64,000 nucleotides of DNA. Origin: the human T2T-CHM13v2.0 reference genome, Homo sapiens. Position numbers and translations under genes: made by a program. The stretch lies in the NCBI GenBank assembly GCA_009914755.4, contig CP068257.2:224001-288000 (forward strand), read 5' to 3'. Positions 8,950-21,855 of this stretch are shown piece by piece. Position 1 is the stretch's first letter. Each line of letters begins with the position of its first letter. The notes under the pieces were generated by a model. It was given only the letters and a program-made list of their open reading frames with translations. It was not told the origin of the DNA and did not search any database.

Positions 8950-11516
8950 CCACTCTTTGAGTTGTCCATTTACTCTGCTGACAGTTCCCTTTGCCATGAA
9001 AAAGCTGTTTAGTTTAATTAAGTCCCAGCTATTTATCTTTGTTTTTATTGCATTTGCATTTGGGTTCTTGGTCATGAAATCCTTGCGTATGTCAATGTCT
9101 AGAAGGGTTTATCCAGTGTTATCTTCTAGAATTTTTATAGTTCAGGAATTAGATTTAAGTTCTTAATCCATCTTGAGTAGATTTTTGTATAAGATGAGAG
9201 ATGAGAATCCATTTTTATTCCCCTACATGTGGCTCGCCAATTATCCCAACAGCATGTGTTGAAAAGGGGGTCCTTTCCCCACTTTATGTTTTTGTTTGCT
9301 TTGTCGAAGATCAGTTGGCTGTAAGTATTTGGGTTAATTTCTGGGTTCTCTCTTCTGTTCCATTGGTCTATGTTCCTATTTTTAAACCAGTACGTTGGTG
9401 TTTTGGTAACTATGGCCTTATTGTACAGTTTGAAATCAAGTAGTGTGATACCTCCAGGTTCTTTTTGCTTAGGCTTGGTTTGGTTACATGGCTCTTTTTT
9501 GGTTCCATATTAATTTTAGAATTGTTTTTGTAATTCTGTGAAGAATGATGGTGGCATTCAGATGGGGATTGCATTGAATTTGTAGATTGCCTTTAACAGA
9601 ATGGTAATTTTCACAATATTGGTTCTACCCATCCATGAGCATGGGGATGCGTTTCCATTTGTGTGTGTCATCTATGATTTCTTTTCTTTCGTTTTTTTTT
9701 TTTTTTTTTTTTTTTTCAGAGGGAGTTTCGCTCTTGTCGCTGAGGTGGGAGTGCAATGGTGTGATCTCGGCTCACTACAACTTCTGCCTCCCGGGTTGAA
9801 GCGATTCTCCTGCCTCAGCTTCCCGAGTAGCTCGGATTATAGGCATGTGCCACCGTGCTTGGCTCCATCTATGATTTCTTTCAGTAGTGTTTTGTAATTT
9901 TCATTCTAGCTGTCCTTTGATTTCTTTGCTAGGTATATTCCTAAGTTTTGTTTTTTTGTTGTTGTTGTTTGTCGCAGCTATTGTAAAAGGGGTTGAGTTC
10001 TTGATGTGATTCTCTGCTTGGTAGCTGTTGATGTATGGAAGAGCTACTGATTTGTGTCCATTAATCTTGTATCTGGAAACTTTGCTGAATTCTTTTATCA
10101 GTTCTAGGAGGTTTCTAGAGGAGTCCGTAGGGTTTTCTAGGCAAAAGATTATATCATCAGCAACAAGTGACAGTTTGACTTCCTCTTTACCGATTTGGAT
10201 TTCCTCTATTTCCTTCTTTTGTCTGATTGCTCTGGCTAGGACTTCCAGTACTATGTTGAAGAGGAGTGGTGAGAGTAGGCTCCTCATCTTGTTCCAGTTC
10301 TCAAAGGGAATGCTTTCACCGTTTCCCCATTCAGTATTATGTTGGCTGTGGGTTTTTCATAGATGGCTTTTATTACATTAAGGTATGTCGCTTGTATGCC
10401 TATTTTGCTGAGAGCTTTAATCATAAAGCAATGCTAGATTTTGTCAAATGTTTTTTTCTGCGCCTGTTGATATAATTATATTAGATTTTTTTTAATTCTG
10501 TTTATTTGGTGTATCACACTTATTGACTTGCATATGTGAAACCACTCCTATATCATTGGTATAAAACCCACTTGATCATGCTGGATTATTTTTTGATATG
10601 TTGTCGGATTCAGTTAGATAGTATTTTGTTAAGGATTTTGGCATCTGCATTCATCAAGGATATTGGTCTGTAGTTTTCTTTTTTGGTTATGTCCTTCCAT
10701 GGTTTTGGTATTAGAGTGATGCTGGCTTCATAGAATGAATAAGGGAGGGTTTCTTCTTTCTCTGTTTTGTGGAATAGTATGAAAAGATTGGTATCATTTC
10801 TTCCTTGAATGAAAGAAGACATTCTTTGAATGTCTGGTAGAATTCTGCTGTGAATCTGTCTGGCCCTCAGCTTTTTTTGCTGGTAATTTTAAAATTACCA
10901 TTTCAATCTTACTGCTTGCTTTATTGGTCTGCTTGGGGTATCTAATTCTTCCTGATTTAAGCTAGGAGAGTTGTATTTTTCCAGGAATTTATCCAACTCT
11001 TCTAGGTTTTGTAGTTTATGTGCCAAAAGGTGTTCATAGTACCCTTGAATAATCTTTAATATTTCAGTGGTGTCAGTTGTAATATCCCGTTTCATTTCTT
11101 AGTGAGGTTATTTGGATTTTCTCTCTTCTTTTCTTGGTTAATCTTGCTAATGGTCTATCAATTTTATTTATCTTTTCAAATAAGCAACTTTTTGTTTTAT
11201 TTATGTTTTGTATTTGTTGTTGTTGTTGTTGTCGTTGTGTCAATTTCATTTAGTTCTGCTCTGATCTTTGTTATTTCCTGTGTTTGCTGGGATTGGGTTT
11301 GGCTTGTTCCTGCTTCTCTAGTTCCCTGAGATGTGAACTTAGATTGTCTGTTTGTGCTCTTTCAGACTTTTTGATGTAGGTTTTTAGGACTACAAACTTT
11401 GCTCTTAGCAGTGCCTTTGCTGTATCCCAGAGGTCTTGATAGGTTGTGTCATCCAGTTCGAAGAAATTTTTTACATTTCCATCTTGATTTCATTTTTCAC
11501 CCAATGCTCATTCTGT
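8950..11516 (-). mobile_element. L1 element (primate L1P-like), 3'-truncated. It lacks ~0.9 kb of its 3' end and covers most of ORF2
   Basis: The plus strand reads as L1 antisense. Minus-strand ORFs 9901-10287, 10610-10822 and 10895-11095 translate to L1 ORF2 reverse-transcriptase and endonuclease motifs ([18 protein letters not shown]..., ...[12 protein letters not shown]...). Confidence 0.85.
9697..9872 (-). mobile_element. Partial Alu (right monomer) inserted in the L1
   Basis: A poly-T run followed by antisense Alu sequence: GAGGTGGGAGTGCAATGGTGTGATCTCGGCTCACTACAACTTCTGCCTCCCGGGTTGAAGCGATTCTCCTGCCTCAGCTTCCCGAGTAGCT. Confidence 0.8.
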
Positions 11517-11667
11517 GAGGAACAACCAAATTGTTTTCCGCAGCAAGGGCATCATTTTCTATTCCTAGCAGCCAGATCATGAGGACTCCAACTTCTCCAC
11601 CTCCTTAGCAACATTTATTTTCTGTGTCATTGTTATGAAAGCCTTACTTGTGGATGCAGAGTGGCAT
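11517..11667 (-). mobile_element. L1M ORF2-3' fragment, copy A of a 151-bp direct repeat
   Basis: About 88% identical to 12875-13025. Both copies end in GTGGCAT. Confidence 0.7.
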
Positions 11668-12874
11668 GAATGAAGTCAATTAACACGTTTATTACCTCAC
11701 AGAATAGTCACCTTTTTGTGTGCATGGGTGGGATAAGAAAACTTAACTCTATCCCCTGTGACGGAATAGTGGCCATTCCAGCTGCTCCAGGCTCCAGCAG
11801 AGGAAGACCGGGGTATGTGGCCCCACCAGGGTGACCCTCAGGCCTGGCGCGCACGCATTCCAGAGGCCACCCAAACCATGCTCCGCCATCTGGGCGCCCA
11901 AGCTGCCGTCGCCCTCTGTGTGCAGGCAGCAGCTGCCTGGCAACCCCTGAGCCCGCTCGCGCTCCTAGCATCACAGAAGCAGGGCCACGTGTCCCAGTGG
12001 CTGCAGCCAAGCCAGGCATTCTGCCCTGCGGCAGCAGCTGCACAGGAGCGAGAACTGAGAACCCACCGCTCAACCCCACACGAGGTGACTGCCGAGTGCC
12101 CATACAAACGGCTCCGATCTCCCTCAGGTGGAGGAGTGGGCGGGAGGCACGGCCTGGGGGCCCTCAGGCTGGGCGCGCTGGCGATCCCAAGGCCGACCAG
12201 GCCATGCACCTCCAGCCTGCCTGGGCACCCGAGCTGCAGCCGCCTTCTGCGTGCAGGCAGCAGCCTCCAGGCAACTCCCGAGCCCGCCCACACTCCCCAC
12301 ATCTCGGAAGCAGGGCCAAATGTCCCTGTGGCTGTGGCCAAGCCAGGCGGTCTCTCCTGCAGCAGCTGCACAGGGGCGGGAACCGGCCCTCAGCCCCATT
12401 CCCGGTGGCTGTAGAGGGCCCCTGGATAGAGATCTGGAGCTCTGACAGAGGAGGAGCCGGGCCGGGGCAGGGTCTGGCAGGCTCTCAGGCCAGGGGCACC
12501 TGTGATCCAGAGGCGGCCCAGGGCATGCTCCACCACCTGGGCACCCAGCTACAGGCGCCGGGCGACTCCCAAGCTGGCTGCCACGCCCAGCCTCGCAGAA
12601 CCGAGGCTAGATGTCGCCGTGGCTGCGACCAAGCCAGGCGGTCTTCCCAGGGGTGGCTGCACCGGGGCAGGAACCGACCCTCAGCCCCATCCCCGGTGGC
12701 TGCAGACGGACCCTGGGGCGGCCCCGATCTCTCTTCGGAGGAGGAGAGGGGCGGGAGTCACGGCCAGGCGGGCCCTCAGGCGGGAAGGAATGCGCGCCTG
12801 CGATTCCGGGACGTCCCGCGCCAGCCCAGGAAAACCCGCAAGCCAGCGGCGCCTGTTTCTCTGTGTGATTCTTT
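11668..12874. repeat. 1.2-kb segment inside L1M: ~100 bp of AT-rich sequence, then a CpG-dense GC-rich block made of three diverged ~325-bp tandem units plus a partial fourth. Origin unclassified
   Basis: The units at about 11795-12120, 12120-12445 and 12445-12770 share blocks such as CCTCAGGC..GGCGCGC, GCAGGCAGCAGC, CCAAGCCAGGCGGTCT, GCAGCTGCACAGGGGCGGGAAC and CCTCAGCCCCAT(T/C)CCCGGTGGCTG. The long overlapping ORFs on both strands (11997-12926 plus, 11838-12371 minus) are what GC-rich non-coding DNA produces. Confidence 0.65.
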
Positions 12875-15400
12875 GAGGAACCACCAAACTGTTTTCCACA
12901 GCAAGTGCATCATTTTCTATTCCTAGCAGCCAGTTCATGAGGGCTCCAGTTTCTCCACTTCCTTAGCAACATTGATTTTCTGTGTCGTTGTTATGAAAGC
13001 CTTACTAGTGGATGCAAAGTGGCATCTCATTTGGGTTTTGCCTTGCATTTTATTAATGAATAATGGTGTTTAGCATCTTTTCTTTTCCTTCTTAGACATT
13101 TGTGTATCTTCTTTGGAGAAACGTCTGTTCAAGTCCTTTGCCTATTTTTTAATTGGGATCTTAGAAATTCTGTTGTTGAGTTGTGGGATATTAAGCTTTT
13201 ATCAGATACACATTTTGATTTTATCAGATACATATTTTCTCACATATTATGGGTTGTCTTTTCACTCCCTTGATAGTATCCTTTGATGCATAAAGGGTTT
13301 TTTATTTTGATTAAATCTAATTTTCGTGTATTTTCTTTTGTTATCTGTGCTTTTCTGTCATATTTCAAAATACACTTAAAACTCAAAGGTCATAAAGGTT
13401 TACCGTGTGTTTTCTTCTAAGAGTTACATATTTTTAGTCCTTACATTTAAGTCTTTTATTAATTTAGAATTAATTTTTGTATATACTGCAATGTAGGGGT
13501 CTAACTTCTCTCTTGTGCACTGATATCCAGCTGTTGAAGAAACTGTTCTTTCCTCCCTTGACTAGACTTGGCCACCTTGTTGAACAGTCATTGACCATAT
13601 ATGTGAGGACTAACTTGTAGGATCTCAAATCTGTTCTGTTGTATTGGTCTGAAAGTCTATTGGTCTTATTCCAGTACCACACTCTCTTGATTACTGTAGA
13701 TTTGTAGTAGGCTGTGAAACTGAAAAATGTGAGTTTTCCAATGTTCTTTTTCAAGACTGTTTTGTCTGTCAGATCCTTTGAATTTTTGTATGATTTTAGA
13801 ATGAGTTTCTTTGTTTCTGCAAAAATGCCTTTGGGATTTTGATGGTATTGCATTGAATCTGTAGATTACTTTAGATGGTATTGTCATCTTAACAATATTG
13901 TCTTACAACCCGTGAACACAGAATGTCTTTCCACTTATTTCCACTCTCTTTAGTTTTTTGCAGCAATGTTTTGTGTATACCACCATGGTTAGATTTATGC
14001 CTGAATAACGTATTCTTTGGTGTCATTATAAATGGAATTTTTAAAATGTTTTCATAGTTCTTTACAACTATATAGAAATATAGCTCATTTGCCTATGTTT
14101 GTTTGCATCCTGCCTCTTTTATTAGTTATAATCGGTTTTGTGTTTTGTTTGGAGCTTTATACCCATAAGATCATGTGTAGATATAATTTTACACCTATTC
14201 TTTATTTCTAATTTAGATGCCTTTTATTTCTTTGTCTTGCCTAATTGCTCTGGCTAGAACTGCCAGTGCTACGTTGAATACAAGTGGCAAATGCACCATC
14301 CTTTTCTTCTAGATGTTAGGAAAACAGCTTTCAGTGTTTCATCATTGATCATGATATTAACTGTTGGGTTTTTGTACATCCCATTGTCATGTTGCAGAAG
14401 ATCCCTTCTATGCCTAGTTTATTGAGTATTTTTATTATAGAAGGGTGTTATATTTCATCAATGTTTTCTCTGCATCAATTGAAATAGTCACGTGCTTATT
14501 CATTTTACTGTTACAGCATATTACACTGATTGATTTTTTATATGTTGAACCACCCTTGCATTTTGTGGATAAATCTCAAAGGGTGATAGTTTACAATCCT
14601 TTGATTATACAGAATTGCTGCTAGTATTTTGCTAGTATTGCTAGTATTTTGCTGAGATTTTTGCTTATATATTCATAAGGGATATAGTGCTGTATTTCTC
14701 TCTTTTGTGCTCTCTTTGTCTTTGGTATAAGGATAATGCTGTTATCAAAAAATGAATTAGCAAGTATTCCTTCTTCATATATTTTGTCAGAAGAGTTTGA
14801 GAATAAATGGTATTAATTCTTCTTTAAATGTTAGGTTGACTCACCAGTTAATGCAGCTATTTGGTCATAAATGTTTCTTTGTTAATCGCTTTCGATTACT
14901 AATTCAATCTCCTAGGTTATAGGTCTATTCAGATTTTCTCTTTCTTCTTGAGCCACTTTGGTAGTTTGTGTCTTTCTAGCGATTCATCCATTTCATCCAG
15001 GGCACCTAATTTGTTGCTAGACAGTTGTTCACAGTATACTCCTGTAATCCTTTTGTATTTCTGTAAAGTTGGTAGTAATGGCTCTGCTTTCATTTATTAT
15101 TTTAATAATTAGTCTTCCATCTTTTGCTCAGTCAATATAGTGAAAGGCTTGATCTTTCAAAGAATCTACATTTTTTCATTCTACTGCTCTCCAACCTTCT
15201 ATTTTATTGATTTATGCTCTAATTATGCTCTTTATTATTTCTTTCCTTCTGCTAGCTTTGGATTTAGTCTTCCACCTGGATTTATTTTGGGAGTGATATT
15301 GATGTAACTTCATGGAAATAATACTAGATAGAAAGTTAGTGGATAGATTCTCTATCTGATGAGAGTTTGGGGCAAGTCGAGTACCAGGTTACCAAGTTTT
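12875..15400 (-). mobile_element. Old L1 (L1M/L1P-like): ORF2 region running into the ORF1/5' region, with the 5' end to the right. Copy A' of the 151-bp direct repeat is at its left end (12875-13025)
   Basis: The plus strand reads as L1 antisense continuously. Examples: ...TTCTGGTCTTATTCCAGTACCACACTCTCTTGATTACTGTAG..., ...GTCATCTTAACAATATTGTCTTACAACCCGTGAACACAGAATGTCTTTCCA... Confidence 0.8.
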
Positions 15401-15472
15401 ATTTTTTTCTCTGACCCAAAAAACAATTTGGCAGCCGGTGAGAAACTCTCACAGCTCTGGATGTGAGTTTAG

Positions 15473-15676
<204 letters not shown>

Positions 15677-15814
15677 TGATATAATTGGGTAGAACTGGGT
15701 GGTAGATAAGGTTGATTTGTTTTTGTAGAACTTATAATTTTATGATTTGTAGTTCTAATGAGTAGATCTTTTTCTGGAATAGTAGTTATGGTCAAACACT
15801 TCTAACCAAATGTG

Positions 15815-15900
15815 CCATGTTGTCCAGTCTGGTCTCAAAATATGGGGCTCAAGAGACCTGCCCACCTTGGCCTCCCAAAATACTGGGATTACAGGGGTAA
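15815..15900 (-). mobile_element. Alu 3' fragment
   Basis: Antisense Alu: GGTCTCAAAATATGGGGCTCAAGAGACCTGCCCACCTTGGCCTCCCAAAATACTGGGATTACAGG. Confidence 0.7.
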
Positions 15901-15914
15901 GCCCCTGAATCTGG

Positions 15915-16310
15915 CCATATATTTTTCTTTTTATGGCTGAATAATACTCTGTGTATGTATATATTACATTTTCTTTATCTATTCACCTACTGATGGGCAT
16001 TAGGTTTGAGCTACCTTTTGGCCGCTGTGAATAATGCTGCTGTTAATCGGGTGTACAAATACCTGTTTGAGTCCCTGCTCTCAGTTCTTTTGGGTATATA
16101 CGCTTAAAGGGTGTTGATGGATCATATAATTCATATTTTTGATTTTTCATATTTTTAAGGAGCTGCTAAACCATTTTCCACAGTGGGCTGTACCATTTTA
16201 CATTCCAAAAAGCAATGCATACAGCTTCCAATTTCTCTATAGCATTGCTGACAGTTAATATTTTCTGTTTATGTATTGTATTTTTATAGTGTATGAAATT
16301 AATCTGAGGC
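15915..16310 (-). mobile_element. Old L1M ORF2-3' fragment
   Basis: The plus strand reads as L1M antisense: TGGCTGAATAATACTC..TATATATTACATTTTCTTTATCTATTCACCTACTGATGGGCATTAGGTT...GCTGCTAAACCATTTTCCACAGTGGGCTGTACCATTTTACATTCC. Confidence 0.65.
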
Positions 16311-16430
16311 TTTTTGCTGATACCAAAATATTAGGAAAGGTTTTCCAAAAATAATACTGCTTATTATAAAGGATTTTACGTGTTACTTGATGCCCTGTGA
16401 TCTGTTTTCTAAGTAAGAAGAGGAACTTCT

Positions 16431-16740
16431 TGGCTGGGCACAGCGGCTCATGCCTGTAATCCTAGCACTTTTGGAGGCCGAGGTGGGTAGTTCACCTAAG
16501 GTCAGGAGTTCAAGACCAGCCTGGCCAACATAGTGAAACCCAGTCTCCACTAAAAAAAAAAAAAAAAAAAATTAGCTAGGTGTGGTGGGGGGTGCCTCTA
16601 ACCCCAGGTATTTGGAAGGCTGAGGAAGAGAATTGATTAAACCCATAAGGCAGAGGTTACAGTAACCGAGATTGCACCACTGCAGCCCAGCCTGTGTGAC
16701 AGAGCGAGAGTCCATCTCAAAAAAATAAAAGGAAAGAAAG
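16431..16740 (+). mobile_element. Alu (AluS-like), full length with an A-rich tail
   Basis: GGCTGGGCACAGCGGCTCATGCCTGTAATCCTAGCAC...GAGCGAGAGTCCATCTCAAAAAAA. Confidence 0.9.
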
Positions 16741-16870
16741 AAGAGGAACTTCTCTCCATCCAGCCTCATTCCACTGCACCAACTCTTCTGTGTCGGGTTG
16801 TGCAGGGGAGAAAGGGAGCTTGGCAACTCTTTGCTGTGTTGAGTTGTGGTAGCCCATCACTGGGTTGTAA

Positions 16871-17258
<388 letters not shown>

Positions 17259-17478
17259 TGATCTAACTTATGGAAATAACACTAGATAGTTAGCGGATGG
17301 ATTCTGTATCTGATGAGAGTTTTGGACAAAATGAATTCCTAGTTTCTGAGTCTTATTTTTCTCCTGATTCAAGAAAACTGTGAATTATCCAGCCAGTAAA
17401 AAACTCTCACAGCTCTGGATGTGAGTTTAGGACACTGGATTTCTACCACTCATTTTCTTACTACTTTTCTTGTGCAAG

Positions 17479-17596
17479 GATCATGGCACAAGTTGCAGTT
17501 TCCACCCTGCCCATTGAAGATGAGGAGTCTGTTGAAGATGAGGAGTCCTTGGAGAGCAGGATGGTGGTGACATTCCTGTCAGCTCTCGACTCCATG
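17479..17596 (+). pseudogene. GTF2I / GTF2IRD2-family first coding exon (copy 2), part of a ~540-bp segment duplicated 1.95 kb downstream of copy 1
   Basis: Translation from the ATG at 17484 gives [38 protein letters not shown]. The donor is the weaker GTCAGA. The flanks 17215-17755 align to 15262-15815. Confidence 0.6.
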
Positions 17597-18027
17597 GTCA
17601 GACCTTCTGTTCTCACATTCTGTATTTCGGTAGGACTGGGCGGTAGATAAGGTTGATTTGTTTTTGTAGAACTTACAATTTTGTGATTTTTAGTTCTAAT
17701 GAGAAGACCTTTTTCGTGAATAGTAGTTACGGTCAAACACCTCTGACCAAATGTGCATGTGGAGTTTCTACACTGATTTTCAGACAATCTGGATCCCAAC
17801 TGGGTATCCCACAATTCTATCCTGACACTCCCTGGAGTTAGTGCAGACCCCGCAGGAGGGGCGCTCAGTCCCAGGCGTCTACTCTCACTCCACATGCCAA
17901 TTGCAAGTCTTGGGTTGTTACATGTAGTTTTGACCAACCAGTTAGAAAACAAGGTTTAATGACCCTCATTGGTGGGTGGAATCATTTGCTCGGACAGCTT
18001 GCAGAACTCAGAAAAACAGATTGTTTC

Positions 18028-18777
<750 letters not shown>

Positions 18778-18850
18778 ATTTTTAAAATAATAACGTTATT
18801 GAAATATGGTTAACGTATCATGCAATTCATTTATCAAAGTACGCAATTCA

Positions 18851-19158
18851 GGCCAGGTGCAGTGGCTAATTCCTATAACGCTAAGACTTTGGGCAGCTGA
18901 GGCAGGTGGATCGCTTTTGTGCAGGAGTTTGCGACTAGCCTGGGCAACATGGCAAAACAGCATCTCTAGCAAAAATACAAAAATTAGCTGGGTGTGGTGG
19001 CTCATGCCTGTAGTCCCAACTACTTGGGGACATGAGACTGGAAGATCACTTGAGCCCAGAAGCCATAGGTCGCAGAGCGACCAGATGGCACCACTGCACT
19101 ACAGCATGGGTGACAAAAGGAGACCCTGTCTTTAAATAACTAAAGAAAAAAAGAAAGT
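18851..19158 (+). mobile_element. Alu
   Basis: GGCCAGGTGCAGTGGCTAATTCCTATAACGCTAAGACTTTGGGCAGCTGAGGCAGGTGGATCGC... Confidence 0.85.
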
Positions 19159-19200
19159 ATACAATTGAGTGGTTTTTAGAATATTCAAGGAGCTGTGCAG
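19143..19200 (-). mobile_element. L1M 3'-end fragment
   Basis: AAAGTATACAATTGAGTGGTTTTTAGAATATTCA matches the antisense of the mammalian-wide L1M 3' UTR. Confidence 0.45.
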
Positions 19201-19590
19201 TATACGTACAGATGGATAATTGTATAAATAAGTACAGATGTGTATAAATGTGTGAGTATACATACATATATTTTCTAGCTCCTCTAACAAAAGGGCCTAG
19301 AAACAACATCATCCCAGTAACAATGAGAACACCATTCTCCAATTAAAGGAACCAAGGCTCCTTGGGGACATATTTGATATCAGGATTGGCCAGGGAAAAT
19401 ACAACATTAGTTTGAAATATTTTGTCATGTTAGGAAGTAAGGAAATGCTCACAAAATGGGGAAAATGTGAAAGGGAAACAGATCCATTTTGAATAAACTT
19501 CCATAGCCAAATTTGAGAAAATTGGGGCAATAAAATAGATAACAATAGTAATATATTACAATCTACAGAAGAAAATTTTCAATTAATCCA

Positions 19591-19880
19591 GGCCAGGTGC
19601 GGTTGCTGATGCCTGTATTCCCAGAACTTTGGAAGGCAGAGGCGGGCAGGTCACTTGAGGTCAGGAGTTCGAGACCAGCCTGACCAATGTGGTGAATCCC
19701 TGCCTCTACTAAAAATACAAAAATTAGCCGGGCATGGTGGCACATGCCTGTAGTCCCAGCTACTCTGGAGGCTGAGGCAGGAGAATGGCTTGAATCCCGG
19801 AAGGTGGAAGTGCAGTGAGTGGAAATCGCACCATTGCACAACAGCCTGGATGACAAAACAAGACTCCAACTAAAAAAAAA
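19591..19880 (+). mobile_element. Alu
   Basis: GGCCAGGTGCGGTTGCTGATGCCTGTATTCCCAGAACTTTGGAAGGCAGAGGCGGGCAGGTCACTTGAGGTCAGGAGTTCGAGACCAGCCTGACCAA... Confidence 0.9.
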
Positions 19881-19899
19881 TCCATATTGACATAAATAA

Positions 19900-21135
19900 T
19901 AAACCAAAGATTGAGAATGGGTAGTATTTATTACAGTAAAATTTCATTAAATGTAGGAGACATAAAATATAAGAATCATCACTTTGCAAATATCATAGTA
20001 ATAATTGTTGTAAGAAAGAACCTTGGAGGGATGCTAAGATTAGTGGTGAATATATGTTGGGAAAGAACATATTTGCATAATATGAAAGTATCTTCCCACA
20101 AGATAATTATAGAATAGTAACTTCAAAGTGGAGATGTCAACTTAGCCAAGTGATCAAAGTTAGCGTTACTAATAATAAGATAAATGAACTTCATGTAACT
20201 TCTTATATGATGCACTGAGTAGGACAAAACATCAATTCTATGGTATTCTTAGACAAAATGTATAACTTTAGTCCTAACCGTGAGAAAACATCAGACTAAC
20301 TGAAATTGAGGAGGGACATTCTACAAAATAACTGCCAGTATTCATCAAAAGCATTTTAGAAAGACTGAGGAATTCTCCAGAGACATGGAGGCATGTTATC
20401 TAAGTGCAATGGAGAACATGCATTGTATCATGAACCAGAGATGGACAACAGTAGGATATGTACAATAACACCCCAACATTTGAACATTAAACAAAATACT
20501 TCAGAAAAACCCATTGGCCAAGAAAAGTTTCACACACAAAAAAAAAATAGTTTAAACTGAAAGAAAATTTTTTAAAAACTTAATAAAATGTGGGATGCAG
20601 ATAAATCTTTTCTTAAAGGTACATTTATAGATGTAATATACTGAAAATAAAAGGCTTCAATCAATGACCTTTAGGTTCTTTTTTAAGAGGCTAAAAAATG
20701 AGCAAAGTATATCCAAATTAAGAAGAAGGAAGATGATAAAGATAAAAATGTAAACCAACAACATAGCAAATAACAAAAGGTGGAGCTAATTAATATACCC
20801 ACAAATTGGTTCTTTGAAAAAAAATTTTTTAATAAACAATGGCTAGCAAGATTTATCTCGAAAAAATTTAGAGAAGCTACATAATGTAGATAATGGGAAT
20901 TAAATAGAGGATGTAACTACAGAACCTACAGACATCAATATAATTATGAAAACTTTAGGCCAATACATTTGACAATTAAAATAACATGGGAAATTATTTG
21001 TAAAACTAATTCTTAAAACTGATGCAAAATGAAATAGAAAAAGTAATAGCTTCTCTATGTATTGAAGAATTTTTTTTAATTTAAAAAGATTTCTATACTT
21101 ACAGGCTACATGCTTTCTTAGGTGAATTCTATCAA
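19900..21135 (+). mobile_element. Old, highly diverged L1M fragment covering the ORF1-3' / ORF2-5' region, sense on the plus strand
   Basis: Its end, GGCTACATGCTTTCTTAGGTGAATTCTATCAAACATTTAAGAAAG, matches the L1 ORF2 N-terminal sequence GGCTTCACTGGTGAATTCTACCAAACATTTAAAGAAG. The upstream part is A-rich and ORF-like. Confidence 0.5.
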
Positions 21136-21139
21136 ACAT

Positions 21140-21480
21140 TTAAGAAAGTACAGAGAGTCCTCAACTTACAGTGGTTTGACTTGTGCTCTTCTGACTTGAT
21201 AATGGTGCTTTCATCTGTGTACATTAATGATGAGCATCAATATGACCAGTTTTTCACTATCAGTGTAGTTTTCAATAAATTTCATGAGATACTGAATATT
21301 TTAAAATGGGCCTTGTGGTAGATGATTTTGCCCAATTGTAGGATAATGTAAGTGTTCTGAGCAAGTTTAAGGTAGGCGAGGCTAAGTCATGATATTCAGT
21401 AGGTTAAATATATTAAATGCGTTTTAGACTTACAATATTTTCAATTTAGGATGAGTTCATTAAGACATAAGACAATTGTA
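21140..21480. mobile_element. Possible Tigger/pogo-like DNA transposon fragment
   Basis: CAGAGAGTCCTCAACTTACAGTGGTTTGACTT...TTTAGACTTACAATATTTTCAATTTAGGATGAGTTCATTAAGACATAAGACAATTGTAAGTTGAGGAATATC resembles ACTTACGAT-type Tigger family repeats. This is recognition from memory only. Confidence 0.3.
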
Positions 21481-21541
21481 AGTTGAGGAATATCTATAAT
21501 ATCAATCTTGAACGGACTCTTTTTAAGAAATAGAATTTAAG

Positions 21542-21855
21542 GGCCGGGCACAGTGGCTCACACATGTAATCCCAGCACTTTGGGAGGCCAAGACGGGCAG
21601 ATCACCTGGGGTCAGGAGTTTGAGACCAACCTGACCAGCATGGAGAAACCCCCGTCTCTACTAAAAGTACATAATTAGCAGGGCGTGGTGGCGCTTACCT
21701 GTAATCCCAGCTCCTTGGGAGACAGAGGCAGGAGAATAGCTTGAATCTGGGAGGCAGAGATTGTGGAGAGCCTAAATTGTGCCATTGCACTCCAGCCTGG
21801 GCAACAAGAGTGAATCTCCGTCTCAAAAAAAAAAAAAAAAAAAAAAGAAAGAAAA
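21542..21855 (+). mobile_element. Alu with a long poly-A tail
   Basis: GGCCGGGCACAGTGGCTCACACATGTAATCCCAGCACTTTGGGAGGCCAAGACGGGCAGATCACC... Confidence 0.9.

Noticed and set aside
11815-12926. The longest ORFs in the window, 11997-12926 plus (309 aa) and 11815-12414 plus (199 aa), together with the overlapping antisense ORFs 11838-12371 minus and 11708-12103 minus
   Set aside because: They overlap one another on opposite strands inside a ~70% GC triplicated repeat. The composition is Arg/Pro/Gly/Ala-rich, and every internal duplication resets the frame. No recognisable domain appears. This is the typical GC-rich open-frame artefact.
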